From Chiloscyllium plagiosum (Eukaryota): a DNA stretch of 64,000 bases. The stretch covers positions 27,690,180-27,754,179 of the forward strand of contig NC_057748.1 of NCBI RefSeq assembly GCF_004010195.1. The letters are read 5' to 3'. Position numbers and translations under genes: made by a program. The notes below the pieces were generated by a model. That model made no database searches and was not told the origin of the DNA. It worked only from the letters and a program-made list of their open reading frames with translations. Positions 51,101 to 63,103 of this stretch are shown here, one piece after another (the stretch's first letter is position 1; each line of letters starts with the position of its first letter).

Positions 51101-51690
51101 GAGAAACTGGAGGAGAATATAGAGGTAAGGCAGGATACAGGGGCTGGAGGAGGTAGAAGAGATAAGCACGGGCTGAAATATAATATGGTGATAGGATTGG
51201 ATTTATGTAGTGGAACACGTTACCTAGATAAAGAATGGTGTGGGATCTGGAGGAATTTACAGAGGGTTGGGGTTCAGGGTCTGGCGGTAGCTCCAGATTT
51301 AGGAAGAGGTAAAGGGCCTGAAGAAGTTTGCAGAGATATTGAGGTATGTAGGGCCTGGAGAAGGCTGGACCCTGAGAAGGTGATAGGGATAAGAAGGATT
51401 TAGTGGCTGGAGGAGATTATAAAGGTGGCGAGGAGTTTAAGAGCTTGAGGTGGTTACCAAAATGGGTATTGGGGCTTGTTGAGATGTCAGAGCTAGGGAA
51501 ATGTATATTGGCTGATAAGGTGACACAGATGGGGAGGTTTGTAGGAGCTCAAGAAAGTTACAGAGACAGGGATGTGTGGAGGAGATGGAGGGAGTTAAAG
51601 AGATAGGGAGGTGTGAAGGAGATGGAATATGTAAAAGAAATAGGGAGGGTTATACGTGCTGCATGAATGAAAGATCGTGTGAGTTCCGGT
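48130..51690. repeat. Purine-rich minisatellite, unit 3 copy (interrupted by a CR1 3' end at ~49880-50310)
   Basis: Same unit; also at 47020-47390. Confidence 0.85.
49880..50310 (+). mobile_element. CR1 LINE 3' end inserted in the minisatellite
   Basis: AGGCTGAAGGATGACCTGATA...GAATGAGCTGCCAGAGGAGGT...CTATGACTCTA tail. Confidence 0.75.
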
Positions 51691-53433
51691 GTGGGGCTTG
51701 AGTGACTGGGAACAGGAGTGAACTGGAGAATGAGACACTTCAGAGAATGAACAGCAGATGGCCACTATTTGGAGTGACCCAGTCTATCACGGCTCTGTAT
51801 GTGTAAATGTGTGATATGCCTGAGAAGGTGAGAGTTTAATGGAGTCTCTGCATTTTTCCTCCTGCACATGGGTGAAGCCATAGCTGTCTGTGTGATGTTT
51901 TGGGGCTGACGACTGATTCTGCCACGGGGTGGTGCTGCTGCTGCTGCTCCTGCTGCTGCAAATTGCTCAGCGATCAGAGAGGTTTCAGTTCCTCCGCCGA
52001 CAGGACCTTCCCCTTCCTCTCCATCTGTAGGGAATGACCACACCACCTGCATCCCCTTCACAGACACGCTAAAAACAGCACTGCTGCGTCTCTCGGGGGG
52101 GGGTAAAATGAGGCATCTGAAACACCACCCAGGTCCCCGAGGTGGAGAGACTGCGTTGTTTTCAACTCAGATGCAGCGGCAGACTTGAAGCCAGCTCTTC
52201 AACTCTGTGAATCGTCATCGGGGTGGTTTGAATTAGACTGCTAAAGTGTCGTTGGTCTAAAGAAGCTTTCAAAGCAACAAACCTTAAAATCAAACCGAAG
52301 ACTCCATCTAATATAGAGGAGGCCGTTCAGCCATTCCACGCTTCTCTGCTGTTCATTAATGAAGAATGATTATTTCATAACTCCACTTTCCTAACCCACA
52401 CCCCTTGATTCACTTACTCTACAAATTTCTACCTATTAGAATCTTCCATACGCATCGAGAATGGCACAGCTTCACCAGGCACTGGGTGAAAAGAACTTCT
52501 CTTCACCTCAGTCCAAATTAGCTGCTCCACTATCCCAGCCCTTTCAGAAATACGCTGTTTCTCTGTTCTGCCAACCAAAATCGTGGCCGCACATTACCAC
52601 TTTAAAACCATTATACGACATAGGCCTGCAGTGCATCTCCTAAACTAATGATTCTGACTCAATGCAGAGCTCTGATTAGGTTATTGAAAGGAATGTGATT
52701 AATAATTCAAAAATAATTGGACGGGGACAAGCAAAAACTTAAAGTCACAGAACCATAACTGTCCCCAGCACAGAAAAACGTCTTTCAGCCTATCAAGTCG
52801 GAAGTGATCAAAAATCATCCCCCAGCTATTCTAATCCCGTTTTCCAGTACCTGCCTACGCAACTGTACAATTAAATATATCGTCAATCTGACGGGCTTTC
52901 TACCTCTACCAACCTTACGGCAGTGTTTTCCAGATAACCACCAACCCCTGCGTGAAAGCAATTTTTCTCATACTGTCCTTGAAAACTCCTGTCCCTTATC
53001 CTTAAATTTATGCCCCCAGATCAGCATTGATGATTTGAGTCAAAGGGCCTGCTTATATGGTAAATGTCTTTATGACCCGTGAGTCTATGCCACCAAGGAA
53101 GCACAAAGAGAGAAAATAGGAGTGTTTTTTTTGTTGAAAATCCATGTTTTCAAGACGACTTGGTTATTGGTGTTCAGCATGAAGAGAACAAAGGGTATTG
53201 AGAGAGATAGTGCGAACAAGGGATTGTGTTAGATTATCGATCATGATCCTATTTAATGGAAGAGCAGACTCGAAGGGCCGAATAGCCTCCATACACCCTT
53301 ATCTGCTGTGCCTCATGAGCACAAAGTCCAATCACGTGTTCAAGTATCATAAGCCCTGAAAGTTCAGATTTTGGACAAGCCAGAAATAGATCGGTGAAAA
53401 CCCGGAGTGTCAATTTGCTTGGTCTCTACCCCA

Positions 53434-53443
53434 TTATTTGCAT
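53434..53443 (+). promoter_or_regulatory. V3 light-chain promoter decamer/octamer
   Basis: TTATTTGCAT ~145 nt upstream of the ATG. Confidence 0.85.
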
Positions 53444-53585
53444 TCCGGTAAATAAATAGAACCGGGGACTCACTCTCCAGCTTACCATCACTGGGTGCGG
53501 ACCAGCTTCCAGGATTTTACAACAAACTGTTCGACTGAGGATAACACCCTGACAGTTGGTTGTTCTAGTGCATTCTCTAGTGAAA

Positions 53586-54056
53586 ATGTTTATGACGCAG
53601 CATCTGCTGTGGGCCCTACTGATCCATGTAACAGGTCAGGAATTGTTCTAGATGAACGTCTGTCAGTTAAGTATCATTCGGGTTTGTTTCAAACCCACTG
53701 GCAAAGTCATTCCATGTCTCTCTGTATTTCGTTAATTGTAGGTACCTTGGCTGATCCTGTCCTCAATCAGAGTCCAGTGTCCGACCCAGTCTCTGCCGGT
53801 CAGACTGTCCAGTTGAAGTGTGCAATGCAGAATGATGATGTGGACAGCTACGATGTGGACTGGTACCGACAGAGTCCCGGAGAAGCGCCAGTGTGGGTGA
53901 TCAGACATGAAACGGATGATGATATATACAGGGGCACTGGCTTCACAACCTTCTCGAGACACCTCCAGTAACAATTTCATCCTAACCATTGAAAATCTGG
54001 TCTCCAGTGACTCTGCCATCTATTATTGTGCTGTGTGGGATAGCTCAGCTGGTTAT
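53586..54056 (+). pseudogene. Ig light chain V3 (type I/sigma-cart): leader 53586-53634, V exon 53742-54056
   Basis: Leader, splice sites, C-W-C and YYCAVWDSS are intact. A single 11-nt deletion after 53946 (relative to V2) splits it over the ORFs 53495-53971 and 53907-54359. Confidence 0.94.
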
Positions 54057-54084
54057 CACAGTGAGGTTGGCCAATACAATAACT
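54057..54084 (+). promoter_or_regulatory. 12-RSS of V3
   Basis: CACAGTG, 12-nt spacer, ACAATAACT. Confidence 0.93.
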
Positions 54085-54397
54085 CACAGTGCAAAACCGC
54101 TCAAACTTACAAGAGCATCGAACCATCATTTGCTAAGGGCATGTCAGATCTTCCAGCAGTATCTTTCTGTACCATTTCTTTCGCAGCCCAGATAAAATTT
54201 GAGGTTTTTCTATTAGATTTGCAGAGATGTTGGACTCTGGATCAAACCCTGCGCTGTCAGTGTTCTGAGGGACTGAGGGATTTTGGAATCTCTCTCTCGT
54301 CTGATGAGCCCGATTATCCTCCTGAGAAATACAGAATGTGGAAAAGGGCAGATTACTAATATTTTTTCCTTCTTTGCTCCCCTGAAGCACGAGGTTG

Positions 54398-54474
54398 GGT
54401 TGTTGTTGAGCCACGCCATTGCAATGTCTCTCTGTGATGGATCTTCGGAGGTGGGACTGCCCTAGCTGTTCGGA
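54398..54474 (+). other. J3 segment with 23-RSS, apparently intact
   Basis: GGTTGTTGT-23-CTCTGTG (54398-54436); WIFGGGTALAVR; donor GTAAGT at 54475. Confidence 0.92.
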
Positions 54475-54589
54475 GTAAGTCATTTTGTTTTATGTCTGTC
54501 TCCGTATTATTATTCAGATTAGTTGACTTTTTCTTCCTACAGCGTTCTTTAGATTTTGCCGAAATGCATTTTCAACAAATCTATCTCAT

Positions 54590-56392
54590 ACATAGAAGTC
54601 AAAGTGTTACATTAATACTTCACTCAACTCACTCACTCACTCGTTCACTCACTTACTCACATGCACTCACACACTCACTCACTGATTCGCTCACACACTG
54701 ACTCACACGCACACCGGATCAACGTATTATTTATATTAACAATTCTGTCACACACTCGTACAACTGACTGTGTGGAGTTTGCACATTCTCCCCGTGTCTG
54801 CGTGGGTTTCCTCCGGGTGCTCCAGCTTCCTCCCACAATCCAGGTTAGGTGAATTGGCCATGCTAAATTGCCCGTAGTGTTAGGTGAAGGGGTAAATGTA
54901 GGGGAATGGGTCTGGGTGGGTTGCTCCTCTTTGGAGGGTCGGTGTGGACTTGTTGGGCCGAAAGGCCTGTTTCCACACTGTAAGTAATCTAATCTAATCT
55001 AATCTAAACTCAGTGTGTGTCATATGTATTAATTATTCTCTCGCTCTCTCACAGCCGCACGCAACTCAGTTTGTTATATGTATTAATGATTTCTTCTCAC
55101 ACACAAGCGTACATCAATGATACTTTCACATATTCTGGTCCATCTTACATTAATAATTCTGTCTCTCTCACAAATACAATCAGGTCAGAGATTGTATCAA
55201 ATTCACCCTCATGCACACAAGGTAGTGTAACAATGATAATTAATTTTCTGATTCCAATATCCAGCGGTCTGAGTGTTTATATATATATATATGTTATCTG
55301 TTATTATTTTTATTATTAGTATGTTATTGTCGTTATTAATAATCCTCTATCTCACAGACACACTCAAGTAAGAGTGTTGCATTCATAACACACACGCAAA
55401 CACTTAACAGTCAGAGTATTATTTGTCAACAATTGTCTCTCACATTATCACAAACGCAACTGAATTTATGACATTAGTTCAGTCACACACACACACACTG
55501 GGTTGGTGTCATGCTAATAATTCTCTCACTCACAAACACACGCAAGTGAGGTACGTTACATCAATAATTCTCTTAAACACACATGTCAATGTTGTAATTA
55601 TAATTTTCTGTCTCATGCACACATTGAATGTAATATATGTTCGCAATTCTTTCTGCCTTTATTTCTCTCTCGTCCTCAGACATATACACAGAGGTGAGAG
55701 TTTACATCAATAATTCTCTCTCACATGCACAGTCAGATAGTTCATCTTGCTATTTCTTATACATACAGGTCAGTGTGTTATATATGCTAATAATTGTCTC
55801 TCATACAGGTCAGAGTTTTATATTTATTAATAATGATCTCTCACACAAAGGTGAGATAGTTATATTAAGAAATTTGCCCTGTCTCTCACGCACGCAGGTC
55901 AGTGTTACATTAATCATTCTATCTCACACAAACACATAGCAGTCAGAATGTTACTTATATCAATAATTCTGGCTTGCATCCGCCACTACCACCCCCACCT
56001 ACCCCTCCCAAATGCACATACACACACACAAAACACACACAGGTCCGAGATTACATCAATAATACTCACACACACTGGTCACTGCTACATTAAGAATTCT
56101 CTCCACTACAGATACACAGAGGTCAGATGGTTATGTATATTAATAATTTTATCTCTTTTGCCTACTCACACACATGCACAGACACCCACACATTCACACA
56201 CACACACGGCAGTGTTATATTAATAATTCCTTCAGAATTATTCTCAGAATAACGCACAGGTCAAAGTATTGTTTATTTTCTCTCTTTCTCTCTCTCACAC
56301 ACAAAGCACACATAGGTCAGATTTAAAATTGATAACTCACACACTCAGATCAGTCTGTAGTTTAGATTAATAATTCTCCCCCACATTGTCTC

Positions 56393-56426
<34 letters not shown>

Positions 56427-56770
56427 ACAAACACACGCACACAGGTCATTCTGCTATTTGTAATAATAATTCTCTCTCATAGATTCAGATACAGAACAAA
56501 GGCTATAACAATTCTTGGCTATCAACTCACGGGTCAGAGTTATATTATTAATTCTCTGTCTCACCCAAACAGACCTGTCAGAGTGTTTGATGTGTATTAG
56601 TGATTATCTCTCTCTCTCTTTCTCTCATGCGCACACACATACACACAGGTCAGAGTTTACAACATAGTTCTATCTCTCACACACACAGGTATGGTAGCTG
56701 ATCTTAATATTTCTGTCACAGAGAGGTCAGCACAGAGAAATATAAATAATTGTCTCTGACACGCTGGTCA
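54590..56770. repeat. J-C intron minisatellite, unit 3
   Basis: Same motif; SINE inserted. Confidence 0.85.
54763..55007 (+). mobile_element. HE1-type SINE, 5'-truncated
   Basis: Same body; (AATCT)n tail. Confidence 0.85.
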
Positions 56771-56771
56771 G

Positions 56772-57560
56772 GTAGTTTTACAGAGATTGGGGTATTGGAG
56801 ACATTGTCAGAAGTCGCGAGGTACCTAGGGTCTGGATGAAGTGGCAGAGATAGAGAAGGGTGTTGGAACTGGAGGAAGGTATGACGATAAATTAGGATGT
56901 ATGGCTGAAGAAGGTGACGGAGATAGGGAGGTTTCCAGGGTCTGAAGAAGATTGCAGAGATAGGGAGGTGTTCAGGAGCTGGAGGAATAAATGATAAATA
57001 GGTTAACTACAGGGAATTAAAGAGGTTACAAAGTTGGGAAGTGGTGACTTGTCTGGAGGAGTTACAGAGATTGAGAGGGGTTCTGAGGCTGAAACTAGCT
57101 ACAAAAGTAGGGTCAGGCATAGGGTCTGAAAGGGGACCGTTGAGATATTGAGGACCCTGGAATAGGTAACAGAGATAAGAGTTCTATGGGATAAGGAGGG
57201 TGGAGGAGGTTATACAGATAGTGCGGAATGTAAGGGCTTTAGGAGGTTACAGAAAGATGAACAGGTGTAGGGGATTGTTGCTGTGAGAGAGACAGGCAGG
57301 CGTGGAGTAAGTGATAACGTTACAGATTTAGGGAGGTGTATAGGAGCTGGACAGCATTAACAATAGGGAGAGGCATGCATAATGGAGGATTTAACTTACA
57401 CATGGAGTCCTGTAGGGGCTAGAGACATATGCAAGAGATAGAGTTAAAGAAATAAGGAGGGGTATAGGGATGGTAACTATTTTACAGTGTTGGAGTGGTG
57501 TAGGAGCTGGAGAATGTTACAGATTGGCAGGGCAATATGAGCTGGATGATGAAAGCTGGT
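56772..57560. repeat. Purine-rich minisatellite, unit 4 copy
   Basis: Same unit. Confidence 0.8.
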
Positions 57561-59147
57561 GTGAGATTTGGTGTGGGCCTTGAATGCTTGGGAACATGAG
57601 TAAAATGGGGAAATGAGAGAGTCCAGAGGTCAAATAGCAATAATCCAATTTGGTTGTTTCGAGTGACCCAGTCTATCAAGGTCTGTTTGTGTAAATGTGT
57701 GACGTTTCTGAGAAGGTGAGGGTTTGATGGAAACTCTGCATTTTCCCTCCAGCTCGTGGGTGAAGCCACAGCCGCCTGTGTGATGTTTTGGAGCTGACGA
57801 CTGATGTTGCCACGGGGTGGCGCTGCTGCTGCTGCTGCTGCTAATTGCTCAGTGATCAGAGAGATTTCAGTTCCTCTACTGACGTGTCCCTGCCATTCCC
57901 CTCCATCCAGAGTGAGCCATAACACTAACTTCAGCCCCTTCACAAACACGCCAAACACAATAACACTTCGGCTCTTGAGAGCTGAATGAGTCACTCGAAA
58001 CGCCACCTAGGTCCCTCAAGGTCGAGGGACTGCGTTGCATTCAGCTCATACACAGAGGCAGCCTTGAAGCCGACTTTCGACCAAGTGAATCATCATTGGG
58101 GTGTGTTTTAATGGACTGCTAAAGAGTTGTTGTTGTACAGTTACCTCCAAACCAACAAACCTATAATGCAACCGAAGATTCCATCTCAGATAAAGGAGGT
58201 CATGCAGACCCTCAATCTTGATACACCATTCAGTATAATCAGAGCTCATTGTTTCACAACTCAATTTTCCTCTCGCAGATCCCTCGACTCACTTAGTGCA
58301 CAACGTTCTACCCATTACAGGCTTCCATGGGCATAGAGAATGTCATAGAGTCACGAGGCTCTGAGCTGAAGAATTCCTCTTCATCTCAGTCTCAATTGGC
58401 TGTTCCCGAAGAATGGAACGTGCACCGGCTTCCCCAACTGGTGTTGTTGGGACACGGGTGTTGTACGTTGCAGTATTGGGATGGGGGGGAAGCATTGTCT
58501 CTCCATATAAACCCTGCAAATCCCTCTCAAATGTTGCTACCTTTCAATAGGAGCCCTCTCATTTTTCTAGTTATGAGTGGTTTTACGCTCACTCTCCTCA
58601 CAAGATAGCCCCTTCGATTTAAGTCCCAATCCTGGCTGAAATTTTTTTTATATCTATTTCTCTAACTAAATTATACCGCATTTACCGATATTGATGGCCG
58701 TCTACCACTTCCTTACCTACCTACTAATTCAGTCTCTATCCTTTTCCAGCCGTAATATTCCACACCAAAGTCTTCTGTCACACAAAGATTTGGATCTTTA
58801 TCTCCTTCTTCTGCCGTGTTCTCTTCGCTCATGGTTGTACGATTACTGATTTAAAATCATTTCCAGACAGTGGCCAGCAGTGCATCTCCCGTGCCACCAT
58901 TTCTGATTCAAAACTCAAATGTTTTCAGAAAGGCATCTGATTAATATTTTGAAAATGCTTGAAGAAATCAATCAAAATTTGAAGCCATCGAGTTATAAAG
59001 ATCTCCATCACAGAAAACTACCCTACTGCCCATCATGTCAGACCGGGTCAAAGGCGATCCTGTAACCGTTCTAATCCCTTTTTCCAGTACTTTTGATTGT
59101 GGGCAGCACCTGGACAATTGGCTGTTTCTGTACATTCCCCAGTGGAA

Positions 59148-59869
59148 ATGTTTCCGACACTGTGTCTTCTATGGGCTCTGCTGCTCCGTGTAAAAGGTCA
59201 GAACTTGCTCTGGATTATAATCTAGAAGAAAGTGAGGATTTCTGATGCTGTATAGTCAAAGTTGAAAAGTATAGCGCTGGAAAAGCACAGCAGATCAGGC
59301 AGCATCCAAGGAACAGGAGTGTCAATGTTTCGAGCATAAGTTCTATATCAGAAATGACATTCCTCACGAAGGGCTTATGCCTGAGACATCGATTCTCCTG
59401 CTGCTCAGATGCTGCCTAACGAACTCTGCTTTTTCAGCACCATACGTTTCCACTCTGGATTTACGTTTGTCAGTGAAACAAGACTTGCTTTTCTTTCACA
59501 ACTGATCCCAAAGATACTCAACGTGTCTGTGTGTTTCTTTTATTTTCGGTACCATGCCTGTTCGTGTCCTCAATCAGAGATCAATAGCTGACCCAGTCTC
59601 CGCCAGTCAGAGAGCCCAGTTGAAGTGTAGGATGCAGAATGATAGTGTGAGCTACCATGTATTATTGCATTGACAAAGTTTCGAGAAGCCTCAATGTCAG
59701 TGATCACGCATACTACCGATGATAAAATATACAGGGGCAGCAACATCACTTATCGCTTCCAATATGCTCGAAACTCCGCCAGTAATTGTCATATCCTCGC
59801 CATCAGAAGTGTGGTCTCCAGTCCTCTGTCGTCTATTACCGTGCTATGTTGGCTACCTCAGCTGATTAT
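59148..59869 (+). pseudogene. Ig light chain V4 (heavily decayed): leader 59148-59196, V exon 59549-59869
   Basis: Leader MFPTLCLLWALLLRVK, with a repeat inserted in the intron. Acceptor is CG (59547-48), there are multiple frameshifts, and the Trp and second Cys are lost. Confidence 0.88.
59224..59460. mobile_element. Palindromic Penelope-like remnant in the V4 leader intron
   Basis: GCTGGAAAAGCACAGCAG...CTGCTTTTTCAGC imperfect inverted arms; absent from the V1-V3 introns. Confidence 0.6.
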
Positions 59870-59897
59870 CACAGTGAGATAGGGCAATACAATAACT
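59870..59897 (+). promoter_or_regulatory. 12-RSS of V4
   Basis: CACAGTG, 12-nt spacer, ACAATAACT. Confidence 0.9.
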
Positions 59898-60214
59898 CAG
59901 TGTGCTCAAGCTTACAACAGCTTCTGAAACATCACTGGCTGAGGACATGTCATTACCTCCAGCAATATCCTTCAGCGCAATTTCCAACAGAGGCCAACTG
60001 AAATTTGAGGTGGTTCTGTCAGATCTCCACAGATGTTCCACTCTGGATTTAACCCTGCACTGTCAGCGCTCTCAGAGATTAGAGGGATTTGGAAATCTCT
60101 CTCTCGATTGTGTATCAGTCTGACCCCACACCCTTCTCCATCCGAGAAAGGCAGAATGTGAAAAAGTCAGATTTAAAAATTCTTTCCTCCTCCCCTCCCT
60201 CCAGCCGTATGACT

Positions 60215-60291
60215 GGTTTTTGATGAGCTGTACCATTGTAAGATTTCTCTGAGAATTATCTACAGAAGTGGGACCACCCTGAACATTTGGG
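60215..60291 (+). pseudogene. J4 (degenerate) with 23-RSS
   Basis: GGTTTTTGA-23-CTCTGAG; IIYRSGTTLNIW (FGGG lost); donor GTAAGT at 60292. Confidence 0.8.
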
Positions 60292-60439
60292 GTAAGTGAT
60301 TTTGTTTCTCTTTCTCTGTCTCTCTCTTGTATCATTCAGATTCGTTCATTTTTTTTTACCCATTCACGGTCGGTTCTGTTCTCTGGACTTCACCAAATAA
60401 AGATTTAACACATTTCTCAACAAATCTAACTCACGTACT

Positions 60440-63064
60440 CAAGCCACAAGTTTTACATTAATAATTAGTTCATCACTCACGCAATCAACACTCACTCTCT
60501 CTCATACAAGTCAGGTTATGATTTATATTCATAATTCACATACTCGGACAGGTCAGTGTGCTTCATGAATTAATTATTCTCTCGCTGTCTGTCACACACA
60601 CACGCACACACAAATACATGCACACACACACGCACACACACACACGTCAGATAGATTATATAAATATTTCCCTCTCACAAGTAATAATTCTGTTTCTCTT
60701 ACTGACACACAAAGGTCAGAGGGTTACTTATATCAACCATTCTGCCTCTTCCTCTCCCTCTCTCTCACAGACCAGGTCGTGACATATTAATGATTCTCTC
60801 CCTCTCAGACACACATGTCAGGCGGTTATTTATTTTGATAGTTCTCTCCCACCCACTCTCTCACAAAACATAGCTCAATGTGTTTTTTCCATTAATAATT
60901 TTCGCTCACACACAAACATAGACAGATTTGAGCTCATATGAATACTTCACTCACACATCCACGTAAGTATTACATTAATGATTTTTTTTTTGCTCACGCA
61001 GACATACACAGGGCAGAGTTTTATTTGTATTAATAATTTCCCTTCATCCTCTCCCTCTCCCTCTCCCTCCCCGCACACACACAGGTCATTGTGTTTTTTA
61101 CATTACCAATTCCCTCCCTCACACAAATTGTCACAGGTCGGACATTATACCAATTATTCTCTCTCATACACAGTAACATGTCAGTAACACATTAATAATT
61201 CTACCTCTCACAAAAACACACGTCAGTGTTCATTATATTAATCATTCTCTCTCTCCCTCTTTCTCGACTATTTAAAAAACACACACAGGCATTGAATCAA
61301 TAATCCTCTCTCACATGCAGGTCAGAGCTTTATTTGTATTAACGATTCCTTCTCTCTCCCTCTCTTTCAGACTCTCACTGATCAGTGTTACATTCCTAAT
61401 ATTCTCTGACACAGACACATATGAGTCGTTACTTGTATTTATAATTCGCTCTTTTCACTCTCACTCTCCCTCTCTCATAAGCACACAGAGATCAGAGATT
61501 ATACCAATAATTCCATTTCAAACACGCAGATCAGTGTTACATTCGTAGTTCTTTCTCGCACACAAACACCTTGCAGTCGGAATCGTATTTATGTTACTAA
61601 TCACGCTCTCTTTCTCCTACACAGATACATACATGCAGACACAACACACACATCGTTCAAACACAAACAGTTCGGAGATTATATAAATAATTCTCTGTCA
61701 CACACAATGGTGAGTGTTATATTATTACTTCTCTCTCTCAGACATGCACAGATCAGCATGTTATATACGTTATGAAATCTCTGTCTTCCTTTCCCTTTCT
61801 CAAAAACGAGCACCCGTCCGAGATTACATCAATATTTGTTTCTCGCGCACTCACAGGTCAATGGCAAATTAATGATTCTCTCCCACACAAAGAAACAAGT
61901 TATGATGTTAATTGTATTCATAATTCGCTCTCTCTCCCTCGCGCAAAAAACAGAGGCCAGACTTACATCAATAATTCTCTGTCACACACGCTGTTCAGGG
62001 TGTTAGTTATATTAATAATCCTTTGTCATTCTGTCTCCCTCACTCCCTCTCTCTCTCACACACAAATACATAGGCGCAGAAACACACAGGACAGCCATTG
62101 CATCAATAATTCTCTCTCACAATAATCGGTCTGTGTTACATTGATAATTCTCCCTCACAAACACACGCAGTTCAGAGATTCTAACAGCAGTTCTCTCTCA
62201 CACACGCAGCTCGTTCTTGCATTAATAATATTGACTCTTACGCAAGCACCCAGATCAGAGACTGCATCAATAATTCTCTGACAGACGTTCACAGGTTAGT
62301 GTTATATTGCTGTTCTCTGACACAGACACACATAGGTCAGAGGCTTAGTAATATTGACAATTCTCTCTCTTCACTCTGCCCCTCTCACAAACACACAGGC
62401 CTGTGATATATAAATAATTCTCTCACGCACGCACTGAATGTTAATTACATGAATAATTCTCTGTCCCACAAAAAACACACAGATCCGAATGTTAATTAGA
62501 TTAATTATTCTCCCTCTCTGACGCTCACATACCAAACGCGCACAGGTCAGAGATTATATCAACGATTCTCTCTTTTGTAGACAGAGATCAGTTTGTTACT
62601 TATATTAATAATTCTCACTCTCTCACACACACAATCACACACAACTGCACACACGTCAGAGGTTATATCAATAATTCACTCTCAGGTACACTTCAACGAT
62701 TCTCTCTCACACAGACACACACAGCTATGTCTCTCACACAGTCTCTATCACACAAACAGTTCAGAGATTATGTCACTAATTCGCTCTCACATATACAGAT
62801 CAGTGTTATATTAATAATTCTCCTTTTTTTATATTGATAAGTCTCCATCACAAAAGTATACTGATCAGACTTTACATCAGTAACAATCTCTCACACAATT
62901 AGTAGTGTGATATTCTACGCTACTTTCTACGCTCCCCCCTCCACCCCACCGCAGAAAGTCCATTCAGAGATGAAATCGATTATTCTCTCTCATACATAGT
63001 TCAGAGTTACAGGGACAATTCTGTCTCACACAGAGAGTGGTCAGAGCATTATTTCTATTAATAG

Positions 63065-63103
<39 letters not shown>

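Larger units (their letters stand above)
42365..56770 (+). repeat. Segmental duplication unit 3 (V3-J3, C and 3' flank deleted)
   Basis: Collinear with unit 1 up to the J-C minisatellite, which abuts the purine repeat of the next unit at ~56771. Confidence 0.85.

Noticed and set aside
54085-54091. Second CACAGTG directly after the V3 nonamer (possible tandem RSS or D segment)
   Set aside because: No nonamer at 12 or 23 spacing, and the paralogs have CAGGGTT/CAATGTG/CAGTGTG here, so it is probably chance mutation
57712-57752. AAG|GTGAG ... TTTTCCCTCCAG splice-like pair in the conserved upstream block
   Set aside because: The implied intron is only ~37 nt, the AG is not conserved in units 2 and 3, and no open + exon follows
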